DNA of 63,517 nucleotides, filler included, from Rhabdomonas costata (GCA_019059605.1; 56 parts of 56 records of this genome joined end to end with filler, not necessarily neighbours in it), one strand, 5' to 3'; positions 1 through 12,545 are shown, counted from the whole stretch's first letter. The notes: generated by a model not told the origin, from the letters alone. Made by a program: numbers and translations.

Positions 1-1036
1 GCCTCCTTCACAGGGTGTGGAAAGTCTGTGGCCTTGTGGGTTCGCATTTATCAGCCTTCGCATAAGAATGGGCTGAGTTATATCTGTGCTGCTGCGCATC
101 ATTTATATTTCGGCACGCACTGCACTGTCTCTGGGCCCGAACCGAATCGATTCAGCTTGACTTTTTCGCATTCTGCGTTTCTGTTCCGGTAGGAGAATGC
201 GGCGGTTGCTTTGCATGTGGGATATCGGCAAAATGCGCATAGGCAAATAAAACGCTTTGCGTTTCAGGATTGGGATTTCTGTCCGCGGTTGATCGGGGTA
301 AGCCACCGTAAAAAAGGAATTTATCGGGAGGGGGATCTTCACGTAAGAGTATGTGCAGCTGTGAAACAGGGCCGTTGCGTCTTTGCTCCGTTATTGGTGT
401 AACATGTGTCGACCTGCTGGAGCCGAATAGTGTCCCATGTCCATATATGGTTGCGCTTCTTACAGTGCAGAGCGATTGATTGGATTATCCACTGTGTCAT
501 CCATTTTTTGTGATTTAGATTTAGTGCTGCTCTCATCAGTTTTTTGTGATTTAGAGGTGCCTGCTATATCGGATGAACAACTCAACTTCCCCGATGCACG
601 GTGCCCGGCGCCAAAGGAGCAACCTCACCGATGGGGACACCGAATAGCGAATTAGCCTGACAGGCAGTACAAACGCGTATGCGTGTTTAAGGACCATCGG
701 TGGCTCGATTTTTGGTCTAAATTCGGTAGGGTTGTTCCGACGCACTATTCGTGCAGAGTGTTGACGAGCTAGATCACGCATCGAAACGACCGCCCTGAAA
801 GGCGTGGACATAGTGCAAGGGATGGGAATTTAAGTGGGGCCTTCAGCTTGCATCAATGCTCAGGCAGTCCGAAACCAACGCTGACATGCTTTTCTTTTGT
901 GAAAGTTGCTACCGTTTAAGAGGAATCGTTGTTTGCACAGCTGCACCCATACCCTCGCTCCCCCGTCCTTCCACACCCAACCCTCTGCCATCTCCCTTCC
1001 CCTCCCTCACGCCTGCTGTGACCCGGCCCACAACCC

Positions 1037-1136
1037 NNNNNNNNNNNNNNNNNNNNNNNNNNNNNNNNNNNNNNNNNNNNTTAATTAATTAANNNNNNNN
1101 NNNNNNNNNNNNNNNNNNNNNNNNNNNNNNNNNNNN
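1037..1136. other. Artificial contig-joining spacer (first of 55; recurs about every 1135 nt, last at 62383-62482)
   Basis: 44 N + TTAATTAATTAA + 44 N, identical each time. The palindromic 12-mer puts stops in all six frames. Intervening contigs are almost all 1033-1036 nt, i.e. length-sorted. Confidence 0.99.
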
Positions 1137-1425
1137 TGTGTTTTGGTCTCAGTGGTGGCTCAGGTGTCACAACCGAATGAAATTCGGTGAAATCCACTAC
1201 TACCATGCATTCCACCATATTGGCTGTCGTGCTGCGTATCACTACCACTATAGGATAGGAGCTACCACATGCACTCCATCACCATATTGGCTGGATGTGG
1301 CTGGGTTGAGCCTGAGCTTCTTGCTCCGGAGGGGTTTACCGGTCATATCCGTCACGTGGCCTAGGCTTCTACTGACATCACTGGTCACCGGTCCCATCTA
1401 TGCTATCGTGTGCTATAGCACAACT

Positions 1426-1466
1426 GTCCCTAAGTCTTTAAGTCCCTAAGTCCCTAAGTCCCTAAG
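1426..1466 (+). repeat. Tandem 8-mer (GTCCCTAA)x5 containing CCCTAA
   Basis: gtccctaa gtctttaa gtccctaa gtccctaa gtccctaa g. Confidence 0.9.
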
Positions 1467-4400
1467 AAGAAATACTCCGCGTAGTGTATAAACCAGTTGT
1501 AGTTTATAGCCTTCGAACAACTGGCGCTGTTGTGCAACTAATGTCACACTGCCTGATTTGTCGCATAACTCACACTAAGCAGCCAAACAGACACCATGGG
1601 CTCGTCGCACTCAGTCGCATCTTGACTTCACATCACATTCGTAATGTATCTTGAGACCAGCATGTGCTCCAATCGTTGCTGTCGATGCGGATCAGGTGGC
1701 CTGACCTTCCCGGCCTTCGAGAGCAGAACTACGCAACACACCCTCAGTCACCACAAGCACCAAGCACCAAGATATCGAACAACGCACCATTACGCGCCGG
1801 GAACGGTGGCAAGAACAACAACACTCCACACTCCGAAACCCACAACAACCACACAGCAAGAACGAGCAACAGCACTTCGCAGACAGCCCCTACAGTGGCA
1901 CTAACGACAGACCAAGAGTACAAGAGCAACAGAACCACAGAAAACACCAACAGCCCACAGTACGACACCGGACACAACAACAGCAGAAACGCAAAGCATG
2001 AGACAGAGTGATTCCAACACCAGAGACAAAGCACGACAGGAGACACAGCAATGACACAACAACCAACACAGGGGAACCATGCATCGCAACCTAATATCCC
2101 CTTGTAAAAGCTTCTATTACAATATTTGGGGACGTCTGCACCACCTCCTGACTCATTGTACTCCCAACCCCCNNNNNNNNNNNNNNNNNNNNNNNNNNNN
2201 NNNNNNNNNNNNNNNNTTAATTAATTAANNNNNNNNNNNNNNNNNNNNNNNNNNNNNNNNNNNNNNNNNNNNGGTGTGTGGGTTTTTCGCAGATGCTATC
2301 ATTGTGATTCCACCAGAGTGGAAGGCCATGTTGCGCGGGTTGCATGACATGTGTCCAGAGGTGTGTAACTTAGACGAAGCTCTAGAGCCTATTAATTCTC
2401 TACAGTACCAATGGTGGGTAAGGTTCTTGCTGACGTTGTACATTGTTACAGACCAGATTTTGGGGTTGTTGGTGAATACAGAGAGGCTTGCAGAGGATGG
2501 CTGTGTTTGCTTTTCAGAGAGAGATTGCGAGAGCGGGGATGTTACGACCAGTTGTTGCTCTACCAAGACATCCGGATGTTAGTGCAATGGATGATGGAGT
2601 ATGTTTCGAATCTTTGGTGGTTACAGTGCTTGTTCCGAAGGAGGCGATGCTGAAAGCTCATAAGAAGATGAGTTTCTTGTACGCCGAGACCGTTTCAGAG
2701 GGTTCGTCGGACATGGACACCAAAGTTACGTATCAGTATGCAGATGGAGTGGAGTACGGAGATGACTAAGCCGAGCGGAGTAAATGGACAGATTTCAGAG
2801 TTTCGACCTTTGAGAGCAGAAGTATTTCAGAGGAAAAGTGGAGATCAAGTGCTCCAGATGAGTTTTGGGTTTTCAGATGAATGGATGTAGAGCAGGCGCC
2901 ACCGCCCACATATGATCCAGAGGAGGTTCTAAAGGGAGATGACAAAGAAGACGATTCAGATCATGATATGGGTGGACCAAGCGGGGCTCCAGTTGCAGAG
3001 AGCAGTGCAGGTGCAGGTGGAGGTACACAACAGAGTGTGAGAGGTGCATCCATACCAACCCATGGGACAAGTGATGGCGGAGACAAGAGTTCCACAGATA
3101 AGAGTTGTACAGTAATGAGCTTGAGTGCGAATGGTGCAGATGTCATTTGAAATCCATTGGAAGATCTCAGAGATCACGTTGATGATGATTATGAGGCATT
3201 TGATGCAGAGACGAGGAAAGGGCGGACCTTGAAAAGGGAGCGAGGGTTGATATAGGCCTCGGCCCCACCACCCAGCGGTCAGGAGAGCAATTAAAGATCC
3301 AGGGAAGCNNNNNNNNNNNNNNNNNNNNNNNNNNNNNNNNNNNNNNNNNNNNTTAATTAATTAANNNNNNNNNNNNNNNNNNNNNNNNNNNNNNNNNNNN
3401 NNNNNNNNGGGTTTGTCCAGAAGTGCACCTCGTCCAGTGCCGACGGAAACATTGGTGCACTGAAAATTTGCCATGCAAAGGAAAGATAAGGAGGAGGTCT
3501 TTCCCTCGAAATGCAATGGCTCCCAATCCTACTGAAAATCGCCATGTTCCGCAAGGTGTCTCCACGAGTGTGCAGAAAAAAAGCTGGACCAGTTTTCAGA
3601 CAACCAGAAGACTGAATGGAAAATTTTCCATCAATCAAGTCTTTTACTCTTTATACTATCAAACAGAGAGGGTGCATGAGTAATGAAATTCATTAGACCT
3701 CTCTGTGAACTTGCAGCCCCCGAAAGCTCTCCTCTCTTTACTCAGGGGTATTTCCAATCCAACATTGGAATATGTATCTTCTGAGCAGCACGTGTCTTGC
3801 TGGCAGTTTGGTTTGGTTTCGGCTGTTTTCTTCCCTGAGGACGGTTTCTGTTGTGTTTTGGCACACTGCGCATTGCAAGAATTCCAGCCTGTGGACGTTC
3901 ATGATACAAATACTGTCGTAAAGTGTAAAGATAAAGCTGAGAGAGAAAACGCAAGAACCTCTGCTTACCTTTTTGTTTTCTTTTTTTTTTAAACTGGGAG
4001 CGATCCTGGGTTACCAATGAGGTAGTGGTGGCGACGGCAGACCTGTTTTGGTGGGTGGACACGAGCACTGTAGCGGACTGCTTCGAGCTCTCACACACAA
4101 AACTGATGCTTCGCACATACCTCACCCAAATGCGTCACTCCACAGCACACCTCTTTCATTACCCTATCTCATCCCACCCTTCCCCACCGAAGCGATGCAG
4201 AGCTACTCTGCCACGGCACTGTGCTGCACCCTAACCAGGGTCAAGTGAATAACCCCGTTCTTTCGGACCTCATGAGAGCAAAACCGTTTGCCCCTTCCCT
4301 CTGGCAGTTCGGCAGCACTTTCCTCACATACAAATCAGAAATCAAAGCCCACCATGGCAAATTTCTCAACACGCCGCCTCCCTTGGTCATGGAGTCCACT

Positions 4401-5366
4401 TCTTGCGCACTCCTTCATACAATTCACCCTTTCACCCCCCCACANNNNNNNNNNNNNNNNNNNNNNNNNNNNNNNNNNNNNNNNNNNNTTAATTAATTAA
4501 NNNNNNNNNNNNNNNNNNNNNNNNNNNNNNNNNNNNNNNNNNNNGGTGTGGGGTTGCCGAGCTGGGGTGCGGCTTGCACGCTGCTAGAATTTATGGGACA
4601 GCGAGCAAAGCAGAAAACCGGCTGCCATTCTGTCAGATTCTTTTTTCACCCTGCGTTTTCACCATGCACGTTTGGTACTCTGACGGAGCATTGTTGCTGT
4701 TCCGCCGTTTCTTGGGTTGTGTGGGGTGTAGTACTTTAGACGCCCCCACTTTGTGCGCAGCGATCGCTATGTAACTTTTGCGGTAGGCTGGGCTTAAATG
4801 TGAAGCGCCTGTCCCCCTGGGATTCTAAAAGAAGCTTTTGCATGGGGTATGAAGGTGATGCGCGTGTCCCCTGCGATTTCACCAGGATATCCGCTGCCCA
4901 AGATCCTGGGAACTACATTTGTGGATTCGGTATCCTCGGCGTGCCTAGCTATCTCTACGCACTTTTGCGTTGCGATAGAAACTGCGTAACGGGTGTGCGT
5001 AACGGGGTGGGGTGAGGGGCGTCTAATGAACGCCCGTTGCGTGTGAGAGCTGTCTGGGAAGAAAAAACCTTCTCAGGGTATAATACGGGATGTGAAAAGG
5101 GGATTCTGCTTAAAACACCATGGAGGAGAGGGTGATAATCCACTGATTTGCAATGCTATCTCCCGGAGAGGTCCATCCTGTTTGCCATCCAACAATCCAA
5201 CATGGGTTTGGATTGCTTGCCAGGGGCGTAATAGGCCAAAAAAATTGAAGTGAAAGAAAGAAAGAAACCTGTTAGGGTATGGTGATGTGAAAGCTGTTCA
5301 AAGAAAGAAAACCTTTCTCTCAAATCGAGTGCAAAACCCTTTCCGTGTTTCCTGCGGTTCTTGCAG

Positions 5367-5570
5367 ACGTCACAGAGGGAGCTCCTGCTGAGGTTCCGGG
5401 ACTTCTGCTCTGCCACCTTCTCCCCACACCCCGACCTCTCTCCCCCTACGGGCGTCAGCTGTACTTCGGAAGCCCCTGGAGAGGCAGGTGCCTCAGAGCC
5501 CCGGTCCCCCTCCGGAGCGGTGCTCGCCGCCGCGCCCTGCGGGGAGCTCTTCCCAGTGGACGCGCTGCAC
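5367..5570 (+). CDS. Probable exon of unknown protein (runs off contig)
   Basis: ttcttgcag acceptor, then a GC-rich open frame TSQRELLLRFRDFCSATFSPHPDL...ELFPVDALH; no family recognised. Confidence 0.4.
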
Positions 5571-6276
5571 AACACAAACCNNNNNNNNNNNNNNNNNNNN
5601 NNNNNNNNNNNNNNNNNNNNNNNNTTAATTAATTAANNNNNNNNNNNNNNNNNNNNNNNNNNNNNNNNNNNNNNNNNNNNGTGGGGTTGTGGTTTTCACT
5701 GGTTTCGGTGCGGTTATGGCTGGGTTTGGGTCGTTGCTAGCCCTATCGACGCGATATTCACTAGTTTGGACTGGTTTTTAACGGTTTGGCCGTTGTTTTG
5801 CCCAAATTCGGATCGACTCGGTTCATTTGCCGTGACTTTGACTTGTTTTATTGGATTGAAAGAACCCATTTGCAGGATTACCGCGGTATTCACCCTCCAC
5901 CCGCCTCCGCTGAGGGAGGATTCACTCGGGGAAGGGGGGGGGGGGCAGGCACAAAGCTTTCAACTGCGACGCTGTGCACTTAGGAAGCACCATAGAAATA
6001 TGGTCTAACCCTTCTAAACCTTCATCCATATGACCTATGGTAGGGTTCTGCATTTGCGCAATTACCTGATGAAACCCGAACTTACAAGACCCCGAAATGC
6101 ATGAGTTGGATGAAGCAAAGGAGGATGGATCGCCGGGAACCGGGGAGGAGGCGTTGGGACCTCTGCCTGCCATGCCTTGGGACCTTCCCCCTCCTGCGTG
6201 GCACGCGTCGCTGAACGTGACAGCGAGCACGCCAGTGTGAGAGAGTATATATGTGCGTGGAAGAGGTGTGCCTCAC

Positions 6277-6443
6277 CAAAACCAGCCGCGGAGGTAGCGC
6301 CTCCGCGAGGCTCGGACGTCGTCCAGAATTTCCCACTTGTTGCGGTGTACCGCGGTGAACATGCTCAGCGCCATCTCGACGGCCAGCAGAGTCGTCACCC
6401 CGATCAGCACAAGCCAGTAGAACGCCGTGAGCCCCGGATGATC
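6277..6443 (-). CDS. Internal exon of cyclic-nucleotide-gated/KCNH-like cation channel (S2-S3 region)
   Basis: Pyrimidine tract + CAG acceptor (6446-6444), GTGAGG donor (6276). Peptide FYWLVLIGVTTLLAVEMALSMFTAVHRNKWEILDDVRASRRRYLRGWF matches the DI.L.F.T.........D...IA..YLKGWF pattern. Confidence 0.65.
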
Positions 6444-6819
6444 CTGACGCAAGAGAGAGAATGAAAGGATACAAATCAAGGGATCTTGCGTGTAAACCCC
6501 GCAAAAGTACGAGTTAGAGCTGAAATACATCACCAGGCTGGTTCTTTTGAGACCGATACAACTCATGATGGCCGATTCTGCAGACCCTGCCCCAGCACTG
6601 TTCTGACATCGGTCCCCGAAAAAAAAAAGAACGAAACCCTGAAATCCAGGTGCCCTTATGCAGCCGATTCAATGAAGAAGTTCCTTCGCGTGACCCACTC
6701 TATGACGAAGTGAAGGNNNNNNNNNNNNNNNNNNNNNNNNNNNNNNNNNNNNNNNNNNNNTTAATTAATTAANNNNNNNNNNNNNNNNNNNNNNNNNNNN
6801 NNNNNNNNNNNNNNNNGGT

Positions 6820-7146
6820 GTGGTGGTGTCTCCGTGTGGGGTCTCCGGGGGCCAGCGGGTTCCACCTCCATTGGCGGCCGGTGGTCTGGCTTGGAAGGGT
6901 TGATGCCCAGGACCTCCGCCTGGTCGTCGTTGGTGGGATCCGCCGACCCGCCTCGGACCCGCATCCAGTCGTGCCGTGCCAAGTGTGTTGCCGCCCTCGG
7001 CCACACCGCCTTGGACGGCGCGTTCTACACCTTGGCGTCCAGGTCCGCGGGGGTATTGTACGCAAAGGCGCACCTAGTCTTCAGCCCTTGGGTGTAATCC
7101 GCAAGGCGTGTCTTCGGCCCATACGGGGTAACTCCATCCTGCGTTC
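6820..7146 (-). repeat. Dispersed degenerate coding-like repeat, family A copy 1
   Basis: Aligns by eye with 16099-16409(+): NAGWSYPVW vs DAGWSYFVW, DLDAKV*N vs QMDPKVWN, WPRA, DPT, PPMEV..AG.P(R)PH.ETP. Confidence 0.8.
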
Positions 7147-7952
7147 TGGCATCCCTGCAAAAGGCGCGCGGGCAGACGAAGGAAACAGGCGCACGGAGGC
7201 GCAGGGAAGGCCAGAAAATGGAGTGCTTGGCGAGGGCAAAATAGAAAGTGGGGAGGCCGCAGGTCTTGCTCCAAGGCGCGGGCGGCGAGATAAGACCAAA
7301 GCCCACCACAGCCCACCACAGGTCTTCGTCAAAATGGCAATATGCGCCTACAACCATTGCATGTCTGGCGTACCGGACTGCAACCTGGTATGGAAGCTGC
7401 TTGGTTCGTTTGATATGATCGACTTGATGCAAAAAACTGGAGGAGTCCTGCCATATTGCCATACTACTAGTGAAGAAGCGGATCATTTTTGGCGTACATT
7501 CCAGCCGTCTGGGCATGGGTGCCATCAGCTGATCTGTCACTTGTTGTATGCGGTACGCCTGTTATTGACTCCGATATTTCTTGAGCAAATCCGAGGAGTG
7601 CTGATTGAAATTCAGGATTTTGAGAATTGCTCGTCTCAAAGGCATGGATCACGGAGAGGAAGTGGTTTTGTAGGTGAGTCCGAACGTCCTCGAGAGACAT
7701 GGTCATGTTTCAGTGGAACCACAGGGACAGTTCAGATCAAATGATCCGGGTACCAAACCCCACGCCTACAGCACAACCGAAGGCGTGTCTTCGTTGTAAC
7801 AACTTTGTCAAACTTTTCGAACGCCCGAAACCATCTCGGTATACACAACACCNNNNNNNNNNNNNNNNNNNNNNNNNNNNNNNNNNNNNNNNNNNNTTAA
7901 TTAATTAANNNNNNNNNNNNNNNNNNNNNNNNNNNNNNNNNNNNNNNNNNNN

Positions 7953-8897
7953 GGGTGGTGGTCAGGCGGTGCGCCACGGTCACCACCGTCATCCTCTCCT
8001 TGCGGATGATGTCGTTCAGGGCCTTTTGAACCTCCTGAGAAGACAAAGCCTTGTGGTGTAATGTAAGGATTAGAAACCGTGCTTTAGGAATACATACGTA
8101 CATCATACATCATCGATTGATACGATCACAGTTCGAAGGGCAGATTCCCACTTGCTGGGACCTTCCAGATTGTTGAGAGTGCTCAAAAACGGCGTATTTG
8201 TTCGTTCGTTCCGTCGTATCCTCTTGCTCATGACTGTCAATTCAGGAATGCAAGCACCCAACCGCGGCTGTTTGCCAATTGTACATAACAACTGTCAGAG
8301 TGGTTCGTTGTGGTGCGTCTGTGCGCTACTTGCTTCTGGATTCCATTCTTGTACTTGATCTTGACATCGACTTCTGACTTCTTGATCTTGCTATTTGACT
8401 TGAGCCCTTAAACCCCGTTTGCTGTCATCTTCCGTTTACTGCAATTCAGCTAGCAGCGGGGGGGGGGGCAGTTCCGGTCTGTCAGAAAACGCTCAGAAGA
8501 AACCCACAGTCTCTACGACGGCCGAAAGCTGCTGGCAAGATAACACGGTACTTTATCCGAACAAGACTCAAAGAAGAATTGCTTCCCACCTTCGAGGTGC
8601 GTTTGAGGTTGCAGTTGAGACCTTTCTCCTCAAAACGATGGAGCTTTGTCTCACGTAACGATTCAAGCCGTCACGTTTTTAGCATCATTTTTGAAAGCAA
8701 GTCTGCACGCAAACGTGCCACACAAGCCTTCTCTGAAGTGTTGTCCAGGGCGCTCGTGGCCTCGTCCAGAAAAAGCACAGCCGGCTGCCGCAGGATGCAC
8801 CGCGCAATCGCAATCCGCTGCTTCTGCCCTCCGCTCAGCTGCGACCCCTTAGGGCCCACATTGGTGTCGTACTTATCGGGCAAGCTTACGATAACGT
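7953..8897 (-). CDS. ABCB/MDR-type ABC transporter nucleotide-binding domain, two exons (8897-8728, 8034-7953), partial
   Basis: [28 protein letters not shown] (ABC signature), [11 protein letters not shown] (Walker B/D-loop), spliced SEK|EVQKAL, VAHRLTT (H-loop). Intron 8727-8035 is GC...AG. Confidence 0.93.
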
Positions 8898-9859
8898 CTG
8901 AAGTTCCCGCCAAACAAAAATCAGTATCAAATCTATGGGAGTCAGAACGCAAAACAAGGTTTATGCACAAGACCGGTCCAAAAAAACCNNNNNNNNNNNN
9001 NNNNNNNNNNNNNNNNNNNNNNNNNNNNNNNNTTAATTAATTAANNNNNNNNNNNNNNNNNNNNNNNNNNNNNNNNNNNNNNNNNNNNGTTTTTTGTGGC
9101 TCCAGATGTTTCCTGTCACTCATCCATCTTACAGGCTCTTTACTGTCATTTGTTCGCCTGTTGTCCTTTGTTTGTGTTTGCTAGACCTCCTCGTATATAG
9201 AGACAAGGGTTGCCTTCCGAGGCTCCCGCAACATTTGCAGCAGAGCCTTCGCTCTGTTGCTCTCTCCTCTCGCCTTCATTCTTGTCTCACTGCACTGCAC
9301 CTTCTTCATTCCCTGCCCTGCTTCATCTCTTTGTTTTTTTGTGAAGGCTGACCTGTGTTCAAATGGTTATTTCCAGCACTGGCTCCCCTTCTTTCGCGGG
9401 TTCGCTAGAAAACCTCGCAGCTCACGAGGTCTTTTTAGAAGCCCTGTTTCTGCGTGCGTGTGTCGACGTGTGTGCGTGTTTTGAATACGTATGTTGTACG
9501 TTGAGTATGTATTTGAAATCCGATCGAGGCAGAAAAGACCTCTACCAAAACGCACCCTTGTATACGTAGTAGAGGGATACGGAAGGCCTGCACAATGCAC
9601 CCAGTTGTGTTTCCTCTTTTTCTTGCTCGAGTTATTTTTTATTCTTGTGCATTCTGCGCAATGCTTTCAAAATTGTGAAATTCCAACTGTGCCGTTTCCA
9701 AAACGCGCCCCTCTCCATACTCGGATAAAGGCATGTTCCAGTGTGCGCCAAAAGTCACGGGTACTCCTGTCTTCACCTCGAAGAGTTTGTGACCATTTTT
9801 ATGCAAATCCGCTTCATTGCCTATCTTTTCTCCGATTGTCTCCCATTGTGACTGTGCAG

Positions 9860-10019
9860 GACCACCACCCCCACCTTCACGAGAACCCGCGCGTGAGGGC
9901 GGGCGTGTTCAGCCGGCTGCGGTCCTGGGTCCGTGGGGGCGTCGGGCTGGCCCCCTCAGGGGCCCTCTCCATTGTCAACACCCTCACCGTTGGTGACCTG
10001 ATCTCCGACGTCAAGCCCG
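9860..10019 (+). CDS. Probable internal exon of unknown protein
   Basis: tgcag acceptor, G|GTCGCT donor followed by a pyrimidine-rich stretch; GC-rich frame DHHPHLHENPRVRAGVFSRLRSW...GDLISDVKP. Confidence 0.45.
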
Positions 10020-10416
10020 GTCGCTGCTTCTTCTTTTTTTGCTGTCCCTTTGTCCCTTTCCTCCACACGCTTCCCCCCCTTTACGAGGCAGTTACCTACC
10101 AACAACCCCAACCACACCCAACACNNNNNNNNNNNNNNNNNNNNNNNNNNNNNNNNNNNNNNNNNNNNTTAATTAATTAANNNNNNNNNNNNNNNNNNNN
10201 NNNNNNNNNNNNNNNNNNNNNNNNGGGGGTGTGGTCCATGATACTGCAATCATAGTATTTACGGTATTTAATCAGAACATTACACAAGGTATTTCAAATT
10301 CAGTTCTTACATGCGATGGATCCATTCCAGTTGAAAGGAGTTTCCAGAGCAGCTCGGAGACAATGCGGAACTACCTGTGCAATAATTGATCAGCTCAACT
10401 CTAAAAGTGTACCAGA

Positions 10417-10501
10417 ATTCCAATAGAAGATTTGCAGGGGGTTAGAGGACGATGCGCACGTCCCCTGGGATTCCAATAGAAGGATTTGCAGCGGGGTTAG
10501 G
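10417..10501 (+). repeat. Two ~30-nt direct repeats ATTCCAATAGAA(G)GATTTGCAG(C/G)GGGGTTAG; related copy at 11701-11730
   Basis: Copies at 10417-10445 and 10470-10500; ccaatagaaactttggaggggttagg in a different contig. Confidence 0.7.
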
Positions 10502-10675
10502 TTTGCCGCGTCGATTTTCCAGGATGTCTTGGGCCGCGGAGTGCAGCGGAGCGGGCCAAGATCCTAGGTATTTAGGGGAGAAAAGCCTTTTCACCTTTTC
10601 TTCTAAGTCTTGTATAATGCCTATAATGGGGTATTGTTGCGATTATACTGTAATATCATTATAGTACTGGGGCTC

Positions 10676-10804
10676 ATGATGAAGTCTCTCCGTCGCGAAC
10701 ACCAGCCCTTTTACTTGGCGGAGTTCGCTTGGAGGCACAATGCAAGCATCGTCAACCCCTCGATGAGCCTTTTCGAACAGATTTTGACTCTTCTGGGCTT
10801 GTAC
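10676..10804 (+). mobile_element. Merlin/IS1595 (ISXO2-like) transposase C-terminal remnant
   Basis: SLRREHQPFYLAEFAWRHN...SLFEQILTLL matches the family C-terminal H(L)..YL.EF.(W/F)R.N....LF..IL motif; no DDE core visible upstream. Confidence 0.7.
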
Positions 10805-11840
10805 AGTGAGGACAAAACTCTTCGGACAATCTCTCTTTCCTCTACCTCAATGACATTTAGATCCCAGCGGCTTTTCCTTCTGTGGTACACTTTTGGAGTT
10901 GTGCCAATTGATCACTAGTTCTGTAAAACACCTTATCAGCAGTGCATTGACACCAGACCAATGTTGCGAAGTCAGAGCGAACGAAGGTGCAAAGAAACCT
11001 TCAAGGGAACCCTTTTCATCTCCTCGGAGGTATTCGGTGTGTCAGAAAGGGTGGTCATTGTCACGTATAAAGCAGGCCTGCGATGGAATCGGATAACCAA
11101 ATCACAATCATCGAACGTTACTGGAAACCACAGCAAGACCGACGCCAATTGTCACCTAAAGCAAAGGCTTTGAATTGGAGAGGAATAAAAATGGAATCGG
11201 GCTTCACAGCCAGGTGCAACACTTAAGTTGCACAAAGAGAAGCAAAAACAGAATTTGCGGNNNNNNNNNNNNNNNNNNNNNNNNNNNNNNNNNNNNNNNN
11301 NNNNTTAATTAATTAANNNNNNNNNNNNNNNNNNNNNNNNNNNNNNNNNNNNNNNNNNNNGGTTGGTTGGTGTGTTGTGGAAGTGTGCTCGTATTGCCTT
11401 CTTGTGGGCCGGCACACCAACCACAAGCATGTCCCTGTTGAGGTTCCAGTTTTTCCGGCTTTCTTTGGTCTTTGCTTTAACCTTTGATGAAGTTATCTGC
11501 GGCCCTCCCACCCACGTTTTAGACACAACTGGGGCTGGAAGTGGAACGTAAAGTGTCCTTTAACCGGGACAGATGGGGTGCAGCTGATATCGAGTTTCAA
11601 CCCTGGTGAGACAGCAAGGGGCAAACGGACACCCCCAACCCGCCATAGCCGTACATGCATGTCCAACGATGAGATTTTGCAGGATAAGCCTGCCCTACTC
11701 CCAATAGAAACTTTGGAGGGGGTTAGGTTATCCCAAAACGACGATCAGACAAAATCAACAATGCGCAACGAAGGGATGAGAAACTAGCAAAGACGCGCAA
11801 AAACATACGGACACTGAAAAGAAAGCAAAAACAGGGGAAC

Positions 11841-11981
11841 CTCAACAGGGACATGCTTGTGGTTGGTGTGCCGGCCCACAAGAAGGCAATACGAGCACAC
11901 TTCCACCTCGTCTTCCAAACAGTAGAACTGAAGAGGCTCCCCTGCATGCTCGGCACAGCACGCCCCTTGGGAGGAGGTCAT
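11841..11981 (-). CDS. B-box zinc-finger protein, probable first exon
   Basis: MTSSQGACCAEHAGEPLQFYCLEDEVEVCSYCLLVGRHTNHKHVPVE: C-x2-H-x8-C-x2-D-x4-C-x2-C-x5-H-x2-H B-box type 2 pattern; GAG|GTTCCC donor. Confidence 0.85.
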
Positions 11982-12505
11982 CGTCTCATATAAAGGACAC
12001 AAAATTCACCTGGTAGCCCAAAGGGAGAGAAGGCACGTTTGAACAACCAACCAAGGCTTAAAGAAATCAGCACGGGGTTCGCATTAAAAGCACCCTTTGG
12101 CATTTTCGCGGTGCGACGTGTGGGTCTAGTTCAATTTCAACATTTCAGAGAAAGGCCAGCATCACCTGTAAAGTGATACGAAAGATCACACGCCAAAGAA
12201 GATAAGCCGATCGGCGGAGAGTTGGAAGCGAGTTCCAGGCCCATCAAAGGAGGCACAGCCGGCACGCACGGGGGATCTATTTACAACGGATTCGGGCAAA
12301 GCGCACCGGAGGCAGCGCCATGACAAAAGAAGGTCCGGATAAGCACCAAGGCCAGCAAAAAAAAGGGCCAGAATGCTGGGCACGTACAAACAAACCNNNN
12401 NNNNNNNNNNNNNNNNNNNNNNNNNNNNNNNNNNNNNNNNTTAATTAATTAANNNNNNNNNNNNNNNNNNNNNNNNNNNNNNNNNNNNNNNNNNNNCCTT
12501 TTCGT

Positions 12506-12506
<1 letters not shown>

Positions 12507-12544
<38 letters not shown>
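12507..12544 (+). repeat. (TG)n microsatellite
   Basis: Uninterrupted TG run. Confidence 0.95.

Positions 12545-12545
<1 letters not shown>

Noticed and set aside
6067-6095. Hammerhead-like CTGATGA...GAAA
   Set aside because: No stem II pairing between the core motifs; other CTGATGA sites also fail.
6818-7744. 308-aa plus-strand ORF as a real gene
   Set aside because: No recognisable motif; the conserved peptide words shared with 16099-16409 are on the opposite strand.
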